Shown: positions 1 through 8,831 of the stretch, in pieces | How the letters are laid out: every line of letters begins with the position of its first letter | Position numbering within the stretch: position 1 is the first letter of the stretch | From: Candidatus Aenigmatarchaeota archaeon | GTDB lineage: Archaea; Aenigmatarchaeota; Aenigmatarchaeia; GW2011-AR5 | Assembly (NCBI GenBank): GCA_043803505.1 | Contig: JAZDJX010000009.1 | Coordinates: forward strand, 1-35,976 | Length of the DNA: 35,976 nt | Direction of reading: 5' to 3' | Translations under genes and position numbers: made by a program | The notes under the pieces: model-generated | What the model saw: only the letters and a program-made list of their open reading frames with translations | Told to the model about the DNA's origin: nothing | Databases searched by the model: none

Positions 1-23
1 CACTTTCTTTAACTGTGGTACAT

Positions 24-1778
24 ATGACAATGAGGCAGCCTATTATAGTTGTATTGGGGCATGTTGATCATGGCAAAACAACATTGCTTGACAGAATCAG
101 GCAGACAGCTGTCGCTGCCAAAGAGGCAGGCGGCATAACACAGGCAATCGGAAGCACAGAAATACCTGCCAGCACTCTTGAGAAACTGTGCGGTAGCGTG
201 ATGCAAAAATTTAATTTTGAGCTTGCTGTGCCAGGATTACTATTCATAGACACGCCAGGGCACGAGGCATTCACAACGCTGAGAAGGCGAGGAGGAAGCG
301 TAGCTGATCTGGCAATCATAGTTGTCGATATTGTTGAGGGTATGATGCCACAGACAAGCGAATGTATAGAAATAATAAAAGAGATAAAGACGCCGTTTGT
401 TGTTGCGGTAAATAAAATCGACAGGATTGCTGATTACAATTCAATTGATGGCTCATTTCTTGAAAATTACGAAAGACAAAGCGATGCTGCCAAAGTGGAA
501 TTTGAAAAGGATTTCTATTCGCTTGTGAATCAATTTACAAATTGCGGATTTTCTGTTGAGAGATTTGACAGGATAACAGACTTCAAAAAGACCATAGCTG
601 CTGTCCCGATAAGCGGAAAGACAGGCGAAGGTATAAACGAATTGCTTGCAATTCTTGTCGGGCTTTCGCAACAATTTCTAGGCAAACAGCTTGAAACATC
701 ATCAGAAGCAAAGGGTATGATACTTGACGTGAAGGATGTTACTGGATTTGGAACAACAATTGATGTGATTGTCTATGATGGCAGTGTTAGCAAGGGTGAT
801 TTTCTAATTGTCGGAGGAAGGGAAGGCGTTATAACAGGCATAAAGGCACTTTTGATGCCACAGCCATTGCATGACACAAGGGTGGAGAAAAAATTTCAGA
901 TTATAGATGAGTGTAGAGCAGCATGCGGAGTGAAAATAGCGGCTCCGAATTTGGAAAATGTTTCAGCAGGCTCTGAGATAAGGACAGCAAAAACATTTCA
1001 TGATGCCATGAAATTCAAGGAAGATCTCAAGAAAGAGATTGAGGAAGTTGAAATAGAAACGCAGAGGGATGGACTGATACTCAGGGCTGACACAGTCGGC
1101 AGCCTTGATGCGCTGGTGAAGATGTTCAGCGATTACCCGATTGAAAAGGCAAAAATAGGCGATGTCACAAAAGAGGATGTAATAAATGTTGCAAATAATT
1201 CTGATTTTTACCGCATGATAATATGCTTCAATGTAAAGCCGTCAGATGACGTGAAATATTCTGCAAAGAACCATGATGTAGGCATTCTAGAATCAAATGT
1301 CATTTACCGTCTTTCAGAAGAATATGGAAAATGGACTGAAGCCAGAAAAAAACAGCTTCTTGAAAAAGAGCTTGAGTATGTTACAAGACCAGGAAAGATG
1401 CTTCTGCTTCCCGGATGTGTCTTCCGCGCAAGCAATCCTGCAATAGTCGGTTGCGAGGTTCAGGGCGGCATAATAAAATCCGGGTACAAGCTCATCAAAA
1501 TTGAAAATATGGTGAAGCCGCTCGGCATAGTAAAGCAGATTCAGGCAGAAGGAAATGCTGTCAACCAGGCATTGGCAGGTGAAAGGGTTGCTGTTTCGAT
1601 AACAGATGCTGTTGTTGGAAGGAACATCAACGAAAGCGACATAATTTATACGGATATAAATAGCAACGAATGTAAAATATTAAAAAAATATGCGTCTGTT
1701 CTCACAGACAGTGAAATAAAAACTCTTGAAGAGATATGTGAGCTGAAAAGAAAAATAGACAAGAGTTTTGGAATGTAA
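24..1778 (+). CDS. infB: translation initiation factor aIF5B (IF-2 family GTPase)
   Basis: GTPase motifs GHVDHGKTTLLD, DTPGHEAF, NKID. Full aIF5B-length ORF. The ORF opens at GTG 15; the first ATGs are at 24 and 30. Confidence 0.9.
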   Translation: MTMRQPIIVVLGHVDHGKTTLLDRIRQTAVAAKEAGGITQAIGSTEIPASTLEKLCGSVMQKFNFELAVPGLLFIDTPGHEAFTTLRRRGGSVADLAIIVVDIVEGMMPQTSECIEIIKEIKTPFVVAVNKIDRIADYNSIDGSFLENYERQSDAAKVEFEKDFYSLVNQFTNCGFSVERFDRITDFKKTIAAVPISGKTGEGINELLAILVGLSQQFLGKQLETSSEAKGMILDVKDVTGFGTTIDVIVYDGSVSKGDFLIVGGREGVITGIKALLMPQPLHDTRVEKKFQIIDECRAACGVKIAAPNLENVSAGSEIRTAKTFHDAMKFKEDLKKEIEEVEIETQRDGLILRADTVGSLDALVKMFSDYPIEKAKIGDVTKEDVINVANNSDFYRMIICFNVKPSDDVKYSAKNHDVGILESNVIYRLSEEYGKWTEARKKQLLEKELEYVTRPGKMLLLPGCVFRASNPAIVGCEVQGGIIKSGYKLIKIENMVKPLGIVKQIQAEGNAVNQALAGERVAVSITDAVVGRNINESDIIYTDINSNECKILKKYASVLTDSEIKTLEEICELKRKIDKSFGM

Positions 1779-1825
1779 TAAAACAGAAAAAGAAGGTATA
1801 GAATAGAAAAAAATAGGAGAAAAGA

Positions 1826-2290
1826 ATGGATTTGATTTATGGCAAAAAAAATGATATCCCGGATTTTGTGAAAACAAATCCGGGAAGTTGGGATTTTTTA
1901 TTCCACCTGCCAAAAATAATCCTGTCTTATTTCCCTAATAATTATCAACAAGAGGTCGAAAACATGGAAACAAAAAAAATCGATGAATACATCAAACAGA
2001 CAGGAATAAAGCCGAAGGACTGTATGTATCATACCAATAGAACTGCAAAAAATTCCAAGCAGCAGCCATCAGGAAATATACGTGTTCTCGTGGCAAAGGC
2101 TGATGGAGTTGCAAGATGCGAGTATGTTTGTCCTGAGTGCGGACATTACGCCTACTGCGAACAGGAATGGAAAAGACCTTTTTCAGTGAAATGCGAAAAA
2201 TGCGGCTTCAAAATTAGTGTGCCAAAGCTGCGCGAGGAGCTCAAGCGCGAGAAGAAACAGGAAAAGCTGGCCAAGATGAAAAAAAAGTAA
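1826..2290 (+). CDS. hypothetical zinc-ribbon protein with Lys-rich tail
   Basis: CPECG...(17 aa)...CEKCG zinc ribbon. AGGAG sits 5-6 nt before ATG 1826. An alternative start at ATG 1964 (METKKIDE) is preceded by AGAGGT. Confidence 0.55.
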   Translation: MDLIYGKKNDIPDFVKTNPGSWDFLFHLPKIILSYFPNNYQQEVENMETKKIDEYIKQTGIKPKDCMYHTNRTAKNSKQQPSGNIRVLVAKADGVARCEYVCPECGHYAYCEQEWKRPFSVKCEKCGFKISVPKLREELKREKKQEKLAKMKKK

Positions 2291-2350
2291 TTGTGACAGA
2301 ATGATTTAAGTTTCTTCATCACAATTAATTATCATGCCTCGTTAGCTCAG

Positions 2351-2433
2351 AAAGCCCCTTTTCTTTGTAAAGAAAAGTCCCTTGGGTTCAAAAGAAACAT
2401 GTGGCTTCGCAAAATATTAAGGAGCTTGAGAAA
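2351..2433 (+). other. tRNA intron 1 (about 83 nt, D-loop, non-canonical position about 15/16)
   Basis: Insert between AGCTCAG and TCGGTAGAGC. Internal hairpin CTTTTCTTT-GTA-AAGAAAAG and AAGCC/GGCTT pairing. Exact boundaries are ambiguous by 1-3 nt. Confidence 0.7.
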
Positions 2434-2456
2434 TCGGTAGAGCGTTACCTTGGTAA

Positions 2457-2545
2457 GACAATCTATGGAAGGGAAAGAAGGTAAATCGATTGACAACCAA
2501 AGATTGTCGGTCTATTTTGAGGAAAACCGTAGGTTGTCCTCAGGA
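2457..2545 (+). other. tRNA intron 2 (about 89 nt, at or next to canonical 37/38 site)
   Basis: Insert between the anticodon loop TTGGTA(A) and the 3' anticodon stem GGTAA. Internal helices GACAATCT/AGATTGTC and GACAACC/GGTTGTC. The boundary is ambiguous by 1 nt. Confidence 0.7.
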
Positions 2546-2631
2546 GGTAAAGGTCCCGAGTTCGACTCTCGGACGAGGCTTGCTTTTGTGCAAGTTAATA
2601 GGCTTATATATTTTACAGGCAATGACTTGAG

Positions 2632-3183
2632 ATGTCTGCTAGTATTTCAGTGTTCAGTGGGAATATGCTATATGACATAGGTCTTTATCACAAAAAATCT
2701 ATTGATGAAGCGCTTCTTATAAAAAATATTGGCGGCAGACCTATAGCGCATTTTGGTATGCCTTCACTTCGTGATGTTGTGAAATTTATCAGATTTTATG
2801 AAGGTCTTCTGCAGAAGCACTGCAAACACTATGTGCCTGAAAAAATTATAAATGCAGAGACTGATTTTGTTTCACATAGAAACAGATGTTGGCTGGATTT
2901 ATCTGGTGACACGTCTTACATAAGACACCATAAAGAAATCGTCGGTTCATATGATCCAGATGATGACATAGAATTGAGAAAAGTACTGAAAGGTATAGAG
3001 CATTTTTCTTATATAATGGAACGAGAATCAAGAGAACGAACCGTATATACTGATGAAGATATAGCGGAAATTGAATTTGGATTAAGAGGCAAAATATCAG
3101 AATTGAATTTTGATAATTTCATGACGGAAGAAGAATTTAAAAAATGCATCGCTGAGGCATACAATGCAATACATGATGAGTGA
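2632..3183 (+). CDS. hypothetical protein
   Basis: 183-aa ORF. TATA-like CTTATATATTTT lies about 20-25 nt upstream of ATG 2632. No recognisable motif. Confidence 0.55.
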   Translation: MSASISVFSGNMLYDIGLYHKKSIDEALLIKNIGGRPIAHFGMPSLRDVVKFIRFYEGLLQKHCKHYVPEKIINAETDFVSHRNRCWLDLSGDTSYIRHHKEIVGSYDPDDDIELRKVLKGIEHFSYIMERESRERTVYTDEDIAEIEFGLRGKISELNFDNFMTEEEFKKCIAEAYNAIHDE

Positions 3184-3225
3184 CGCTTATATCCCAGAAA
3201 AAATTTTACACTAATTTTCTTTATT

Positions 3226-3552
3226 TTAATCTGTCAGTTCTATCTCTATGTTGATGTCAGCAGGTATCCTTATTCTTGTTATCTGGCGCAGGGCGCGGTC
3301 GCTTGCTCCTACATCAAGTATGCGCTTGTGAATGCGCATCTCCCATTTATCCCAGTTGCCTCCGCCTCCACCACGATGCATTCCGTCTCCGCATGGCGTT
3401 TTCATCACAGGTATCTTGAGCTTCTTTGTAGGTAAAGGTACTGGTCCATAAACAGCAACGCCTATTTTCTCGGCTATGTCTTTTATCTCCCTGCATAACT
3501 CATCAAGCTGCTTCGGATCACGGCCAGTCAGCTTTATCCTTGCCTTTTGCAT
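3226..3552 (-). CDS. rps10: 30S ribosomal protein S10 (uS10)
   Basis: [10 protein letters not shown]...[10 protein letters not shown]...RIHKRILD, typical archaeal S10 length and sequence. Confidence 0.9.
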   Translation of the reverse strand: MQKARIKLTGRDPKQLDELCREIKDIAEKIGVAVYGPVPLPTKKLKIPVMKTPCGDGMHRGGGGGNWDKWEMRIHKRILDVGASDRALRQITRIRIPADINIEIELTD

Positions 3553-3612
3553 AGTATCACTATTTCAAACTTTTACTATTTATTTAGTTCACTCTATAGA
3601 TTAATAGACAAG

Positions 3613-3628
3613 TTTAAAAATATATTAA
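3613..3628 (+). promoter_or_regulatory. TATA-like element TTTAAAAATATATTAA upstream of metG
   Basis: Lies 24-39 nt upstream of the in-frame GTG 3652, in the divergent intergenic region with rps10. Confidence 0.35.
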
Positions 3629-3651
3629 TCTATAACCGTTTTGCAACTGGG

Positions 3652-5871
3652 GTGATAATTTTCAAGAAAAAAGCAGGCAAAAAAGGAAATATTAGGGATG
3701 CTGCTGAGGATGAAAAGAATCGTGTTTTTTTAAACAATGAAAAAATTCTTATAACATCAGCCCTGCCGTATGTCAACGGCATAAAGCATCTTGGTAATAT
3801 TATAGGTTCTCTGCTGCCAGCAGACATATTCCACAGGTTCCTTGATTTGATCGGCATAGAAAACATCTACATATGCGGCACAGACGAACATGGAACGGCA
3901 ATAGAGATAGCAGCTCTTGAAGAGGGCATCACACCAAAGGAATACGCTGACAAATATTATGAGCTCCAGAAAAGAATTTATGAAAAATGGGGTTTTGACT
4001 TTACATATTTTGGCAGGACATCATCTCCTGCCCACCATGAGCTGACAAAAAACATATTTACTGCCATATTCAAGGCAGGGTATATAAAAAAAGAGTCGGT
4101 CACACTTCCATACTGCAGAAATTGCCGAAGGTTTTTGCCAGACAGGTTTGTTTTGGGCGAATGTCCGAAATGTAAATATCAAAGCGCGCGCGGAGACCAG
4201 TGCGAAAGCTGCTCTGCAGTGCTCGATCCAACTGAACTGAAAAATTCATTGTGCTCTGTATGCAAAAAAAGCGAAATAGAATTCAGGCAGGAAGAGCATC
4301 TGTTTCTTGACCTCTTGAAATTGCAGCCAAAACTGGAAAATTGGCTGAAGAAGAACAACCACTGGCCTTCAAATGTCAGGAACATTGCGCTTGGGTGGCT
4401 AAATGAAGGATTGAAACCGAGATGCATCACAAGAAACCTTTCGTGGGGAGTTGCTGTTCCTCTTACAGGCTATCACCATCTTGTTTTCTACGTGTGGTTT
4501 GACGCACCCATAGGATACATATCATTCACAATGGAAGGTGAACAGAAAAAGCTGCTGACGAATGCTGATAAATGGTGGTCAGATGCAAAGATATATCATT
4601 TTCTTGGAAAGGACAACATACCATTCCATACTGTTTTCTGGCCAGCAATCCTGATTGCATCATCAAGAACAGAAAGCCTTCCATATTATGTGGCTGGATA
4701 TGAGTACCTAAACTGGCAGGGAGAGAAATTTTCAACAAGCCGCGGCATTGGCTTATTCAGCGACGAGGCGCTTGAGCTCTTTCCTATTGACTACTGGCGC
4801 TACTATCTCTCTAGGATAATGCCTGAAAATAAGGACAGTAATTTTGACTGGGATGATTTCAGGAGCAAGATAAACAACGAGCTCATTGCAAATTATGGTA
4901 ATTTGTTTTACCGTGTCACGTCGTTTATTCATTCCAACATAGGAAGCGTGCCTGAGCCGGGAAAGATAGGAAAAGAAGAAAAAGAAATAGAGAAATTTTT
5001 TATTGCCACCTGCGGTGAAATAGAGAAACTGACAAAAGAAGTTAAGCTCAAGGAAGCTCTCGAAAGAACAATGACACTTGCCTCTGCTGCAAACAGATAT
5101 TTCCAGGAAAAGAAGCCGTGGAAAACTTTTTCTGCTGACCGAAAAGATGCGTGCACAACGTTATATTATTCAGTAAACCTTGTCCGTATAATATCAACGC
5201 TGCTGCTGCCGTATATACCAACCAGTGCACAAAAAGCGATAGATGCGCTAGGCATAAAAGAAAAAAAATGGAAATTTGACTTTTCTGTCAAGCCAGGACA
5301 ATATGTGAAGCCTGTCATACTTTTCAAGAAAATTGACGATGCTGAGATCAAAAAAGCCGTTTCATACAAGACAAAATACGCAAAAAAAGAGATAGCAGAA
5401 AAAGGCATAAAGGAAATGCCATACCCGGAGATTGTCACTGGTTCAATAACAAGCGTAGAAGATCATCCTGATGCAGAAAAACTTTATGTGATTAGGGTAA
5501 ACATTGGCTCAAGCGAACGACAAATAGTTTCAAGCCTGAAGGATTCACACACCAAGGACGAGCTGGACGGAAAACAGATTCTTATGCTGATAAACCTGAA
5601 GCCGGCAAAGTTTCGCGGAATTGTCAGCGATGGGATGCTGCTTGCCTGCGATGATGACACGCTGCTAGTGCCGAAATACGAGATAAAAAATGGCACTGTC
5701 ATTCAGAAAGGCTCGGGACAGCTGAAGGCAATCGATTTCAGCAGCCATGATTTTCATATTGAAATGCACAACGGCGAGCAGGTTGCTGTACTGGATGGCT
5801 TGGTGTTGTCGGCTGGCAACGTGCCCATAATACCTGAAAAAAAGGTTAATGATGGGTGTAAGGTGCTTTGA
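3652..5871 (+). CDS. metG: methionyl-tRNA synthetase with C-terminal tRNA-binding (Trbp111/EMAPII-like) domain
   Basis: ILITSALPYVNGIKHLGN (HIGH region), Zn knuckles CPKC...CESC and C..C, KFSTSRG (KMSKS). The C-terminal segment ITSVEDHPDAEKLYV marks the tRNA-binding domain. The start is uncertain: in-frame TTG 3547 or GTG 3652 (see finding). Confidence 0.9.
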   Translation: MIIFKKKAGKKGNIRDAAEDEKNRVFLNNEKILITSALPYVNGIKHLGNIIGSLLPADIFHRFLDLIGIENIYICGTDEHGTAIEIAALEEGITPKEYADKYYELQKRIYEKWGFDFTYFGRTSSPAHHELTKNIFTAIFKAGYIKKESVTLPYCRNCRRFLPDRFVLGECPKCKYQSARGDQCESCSAVLDPTELKNSLCSVCKKSEIEFRQEEHLFLDLLKLQPKLENWLKKNNHWPSNVRNIALGWLNEGLKPRCITRNLSWGVAVPLTGYHHLVFYVWFDAPIGYISFTMEGEQKKLLTNADKWWSDAKIYHFLGKDNIPFHTVFWPAILIASSRTESLPYYVAGYEYLNWQGEKFSTSRGIGLFSDEALELFPIDYWRYYLSRIMPENKDSNFDWDDFRSKINNELIANYGNLFYRVTSFIHSNIGSVPEPGKIGKEEKEIEKFFIATCGEIEKLTKEVKLKEALERTMTLASAANRYFQEKKPWKTFSADRKDACTTLYYSVNLVRIISTLLLPYIPTSAQKAIDALGIKEKKWKFDFSVKPGQYVKPVILFKKIDDAEIKKAVSYKTKYAKKEIAEKGIKEMPYPEIVTGSITSVEDHPDAEKLYVIRVNIGSSERQIVSSLKDSHTKDELDGKQILMLINLKPAKFRGIVSDGMLLACDDDTLLVPKYEIKNGTVIQKGSGQLKAIDFSSHDFHIEMHNGEQVAVLDGLVLSAGNVPIIPEKKVNDGCKVL

Positions 5872-5892
5872 ACTTATTGTATTTATTGTATT

Positions 5893-7440
5893 TTATTTTT
5901 TGATAGCATATTGTTGTATCATTTTATCTTTTATTTTCTTGAGATGAGGGCTCAATCCAACCAGATATTCTGCTGGATTTTCTAACCGTGTAATCTCCGG
6001 CCATAATCTATCGAGTTCACTTAAAGCTCTGTGTTTTATTTCGTCTAGAGTTGGCTTTCTATAAGTCCTTACCCCATTTTCAAATATCGTAGCAAGTAGG
6101 GGAATAGCATTTTGAGTATTATTGAATTTTTTTGTTTCATACCCTCTTGACCTATGGTGAACGGTAATTTCATCTTCCAGTATTTCATCTTCCAGTATTT
6201 CATCTGAAGTTAGCATTACATCTGCTGCATAATGCCCATTTTTATCAAGCAATCTATATACATTTTTCCTTCCAGGGTCAGTTATTTTTTCCTCATTTCC
6301 TGAAATTTTTATGGCATATCTGTCGCCAATCTGGACTAGTTTGTAAACTATACCCAGCGATGGTGAACCATCTGCAGTAACCAATTTTGTCCCGATTCCA
6401 TACAAATCAATTTCTGCTCCTTGCTCTATTAATGATTTCGCAATTCTTTCATCTATATCGTTTGAAACAGTAATCTTTGCATCTTTAAACCCATTATCAT
6501 CCAAAATTTTTCTGATGATCCTGCTTTGATAAGCCAGATCTCCGCTATCATCCCTTACGCCACTGAATGTTTTCAATCCCTTTTCTTTGGCAACTGTAAC
6601 TGCATCCTCAACTCCTTTGGAATATCCATACGTATCAATTAAGAAAACACTTTCTTCTCCGAAAACATCAGCATAAGATCTGAATGCATTTTTTTGTGTA
6701 GGAAAAGCCTCCACAAAGCTGTGTGCATGCGTTCCTTTTGCAGGTATTCCGTGAACTATTTCTGCTGAGACGTTTGAAGTTCCAAATGCACCACCGATAT
6801 AAGCAGCCCTTGATGCCATAAGTCCACCTTCATCACCACCCTGAGCCCTTCTTAGTCCAAACTCTAAGTATGGTTTTTTTCCATGCAGATAAATTCTTGC
6901 TGCTTTAGTCGTAACCAGTGTTGGGAATCCTAACTTATTCAGAATGTAGGTTTCGACGAAGTTTGCAATTGGCAGGGTTCCAGTTAGCTGAACCATTGGT
7001 ATGTAAGGCTGAGCCATGGTTCCTTCTGGCAATGCTTCAAGAGTTCCGTCAAATTTTGCTTCCCTAATATATTCGTAAAATGATTTGGGCATTTTCCAGT
7101 GTTTTCTCATATGATCTATATCCCTTCCTGTAAACTGGAACTGCTCTAAATATTCGATGATACGTTCCAAACCTACTGCAAGAGTAAAACCTCCTCCAAA
7201 AGGGTTTCTTCTATAAAACCCATTAAATGTGGCAATTTCATCTGCTTTTCCTGATTCAATATAAGCAGCCATCATAGTGAACTGATAAAAATCAGCGACC
7301 ATTGCAGGGTTTAATGGCGGTTTTTCTGTAATCCATAATGACTTTCCATCTGGTGTTTTGATTTCTGCATAACCCATTTTTGTAGCTTCAACTATGTCAA
7401 TTCCTTTGTCAACCAAAAATTCCATATCACTTTTTTTCAT
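5893..7440 (-). CDS. pncB: nicotinate phosphoribosyltransferase (long form)
   Basis: DFYQFTMMAAY, FYRRNPFGGGF, GTHAHSFV. Length 515 aa. Confidence 0.85.
   Translation of the reverse strand: MKKSDMEFLVDKGIDIVEATKMGYAEIKTPDGKSLWITEKPPLNPAMVADFYQFTMMAAYIESGKADEIATFNGFYRRNPFGGGFTLAVGLERIIEYLEQFQFTGRDIDHMRKHWKMPKSFYEYIREAKFDGTLEALPEGTMAQPYIPMVQLTGTLPIANFVETYILNKLGFPTLVTTKAARIYLHGKKPYLEFGLRRAQGGDEGGLMASRAAYIGGAFGTSNVSAEIVHGIPAKGTHAHSFVEAFPTQKNAFRSYADVFGEESVFLIDTYGYSKGVEDAVTVAKEKGLKTFSGVRDDSGDLAYQSRIIRKILDDNGFKDAKITVSNDIDERIAKSLIEQGAEIDLYGIGTKLVTADGSPSLGIVYKLVQIGDRYAIKISGNEEKITDPGRKNVYRLLDKNGHYAADVMLTSDEILEDEILEDEITVHHRSRGYETKKFNNTQNAIPLLATIFENGVRTYRKPTLDEIKHRALSELDRLWPEITRLENPAEYLVGLSPHLKKIKDKMIQQYAIKK
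6168..6205 (-). repeat. 15-nt in-frame tandem repeat (2.5 copies) inside pncB, encoding EILED-EILED-EI
   Basis: TTTCATCTTCCAGTA occurs at 6168-6182 and 6183-6197, with a partial third copy. Confidence 0.9.
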
Positions 7441-7441
7441 C

Positions 7442-8326
7442 TTACATCATCCTGACAACTTTTAGTGGCTTGTCTGAAATAGTGATAACTGCCTTTGCAC
7501 CCCTGTTAAATTTGTAATCCTCTATTGAATCGCTGCTTACGATTCCATCATCATTCAATGAATGAATTATCAATTTATCCCCTTCTCTTAATACACCGTG
7601 CTGTATGGAATAACCTGTTAATTTTCCCCTGTACGGCTCTGTAACTAGAAATCGTGCCCGCCTATCTGTTTTAGGTTTTTTATTTCCGTTTGAATAGATA
7701 TATCCGCAGGCAGAATCATACCATCCGGTTGAACCTACACCGGTTGAAACCAGCAAGCCAGAGGATTTCTGCTCCTCGGTTTGTCCGTTAAACTGCAGGA
7801 TATGTCTAGACATTCCTTTTCGATATTTTTCTCCTAAATAAAATTCAGATACAGCCATTTCAACAGGATATCCATTTAATTCTGCCGATAATCTTATCCA
7901 ATCTTCCACAGAAAAATCATTTTTTTCCAATTTTTTTAAAACGCTCTCGAAATTAGAGGTTGTAAAATATGTTAAAACTCCTTCACTTTTTGAGGGATCA
8001 GAATTGATGCCCATGATTAAGCTAGAATCTATAAAATGTGATACATACTGGAAATGATTATCACCTCCCAGAGCAATAACCAAATCTGCATCAGCTATAG
8101 ATTCTTTTGTAAGTTCTTCCCGCGCAACAAATTGATTCCTGTTAAATAATCTCCTTAATTCTTCCCGCGATTTTTTCTGCCTTTCATGACTGGATAGTAT
8201 TTTTTCTTCATCAATGCCTTCTTGCCGATATTTGGCAATAAGTTCACCGTAGCTTAACTTATAATTGTGCATGTCCAATTCATATTTGCTCATTTTTGGA
8301 ACAATAATAATACTTGAAATGTTCAT
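7442..8326 (-). CDS. nadK: NAD kinase family protein (NADK2-like N-terminus)
   Basis: LVIALGGDNHF (GGDG-like) and LLVSTGVGSTGW (compare STPTGSTAY). The start codon is 1 nt after the nadM stop. Confidence 0.7.
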   Translation of the reverse strand: MNISSIIIVPKMSKYELDMHNYKLSYGELIAKYRQEGIDEEKILSSHERQKKSREELRRLFNRNQFVAREELTKESIADADLVIALGGDNHFQYVSHFIDSSLIMGINSDPSKSEGVLTYFTTSNFESVLKKLEKNDFSVEDWIRLSAELNGYPVEMAVSEFYLGEKYRKGMSRHILQFNGQTEEQKSSGLLVSTGVGSTGWYDSACGYIYSNGNKKPKTDRRARFLVTEPYRGKLTGYSIQHGVLREGDKLIIHSLNDDGIVSSDSIEDYKFNRGAKAVITISDKPLKVVRMM

Positions 8327-8327
8327 T

Positions 8328-8831
8328 TTATTTACCTCTGCTGATTTCTCTTAATCTTTTTACTCCATCGATTTCCAGTATGACAGTCATGGTTCCTTCA
8401 GGAACATAATCTTGCCAGTTTCCGCCTTCTATCATCATTTGCCTTATTTCTGTCGCAGAAATACCGATACGACGATTAGATATTCTTACTTCATATCCTT
8501 TTTCTTCAAACAACTGCTTTGTTATTGTATTTCCTGAATATACAACATCAAATGTCGGGCAAATGGATTTCACATAAGGAACCCATCGCGGATAATCATT
8601 TATGTCATCTATCACGATAATTTGATAGGGTTTTTTTATGTCTAGACTTCGCCTTATCATATTTTCTCTTTCGTCTGCTGTGAAGGGGTTATAGATTGTA
8701 TTTGCATATTGTGCTGATCCTATACCTATAATAAGTTCATCAATGTCTGGCGCTTCTTCCATTTCATGAATTGCTGATAGATGTCCAAGATGAAATGGCT
8801 GAAACCTGCCGATAAAAAATGCCCGCTTCAT
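8328..8831 (-). CDS. nadM: nicotinamide/nicotinate mononucleotide adenylyltransferase, archaeal type
   Basis: GRFQPFHLGHL and ISATEIR motifs. ATGA overlap with the nadE stop. Confidence 0.85.
   Translation of the reverse strand: MKRAFFIGRFQPFHLGHLSAIHEMEEAPDIDELIIGIGSAQYANTIYNPFTADERENMIRRSLDIKKPYQIIVIDDINDYPRWVPYVKSICPTFDVVYSGNTITKQLFEEKGYEVRISNRRIGISATEIRQMMIEGGNWQDYVPEGTMTVILEIDGVKRLREISRGK

Larger units (their letters stand above)
2336..2580 (+). tRNA. tRNA-Thr(GGU) interrupted by two long introns
   Basis: Perfect cloverleaf after removing two inserts. Acceptor GCCTCGT/ACGAGGC, D stem GCTC/GAGC, D loop AG+TCGGTA. Anticodon stem TTACC/GGTAA, loop TTGGTAA. T arm CCGAG-TTCGACT-CTCGG, discriminator T, no encoded CCA. 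Confidence 0.88.

Noticed and set aside
2450-2680. 76-aa ORF on the plus strand
   Set aside because: It lies almost entirely inside the second intron and 3' exon of the tRNA-Thr gene. It has no RBS or promoter geometry.
3547-3651. TTG 3547 as the metG start (the ORF-track start)
   Set aside because: It overlaps the divergent rps10 start codon and lies upstream of the shared TATA elements. The encoded N-terminus ([14 protein letters not shown]...) looks like translated promoter DNA.
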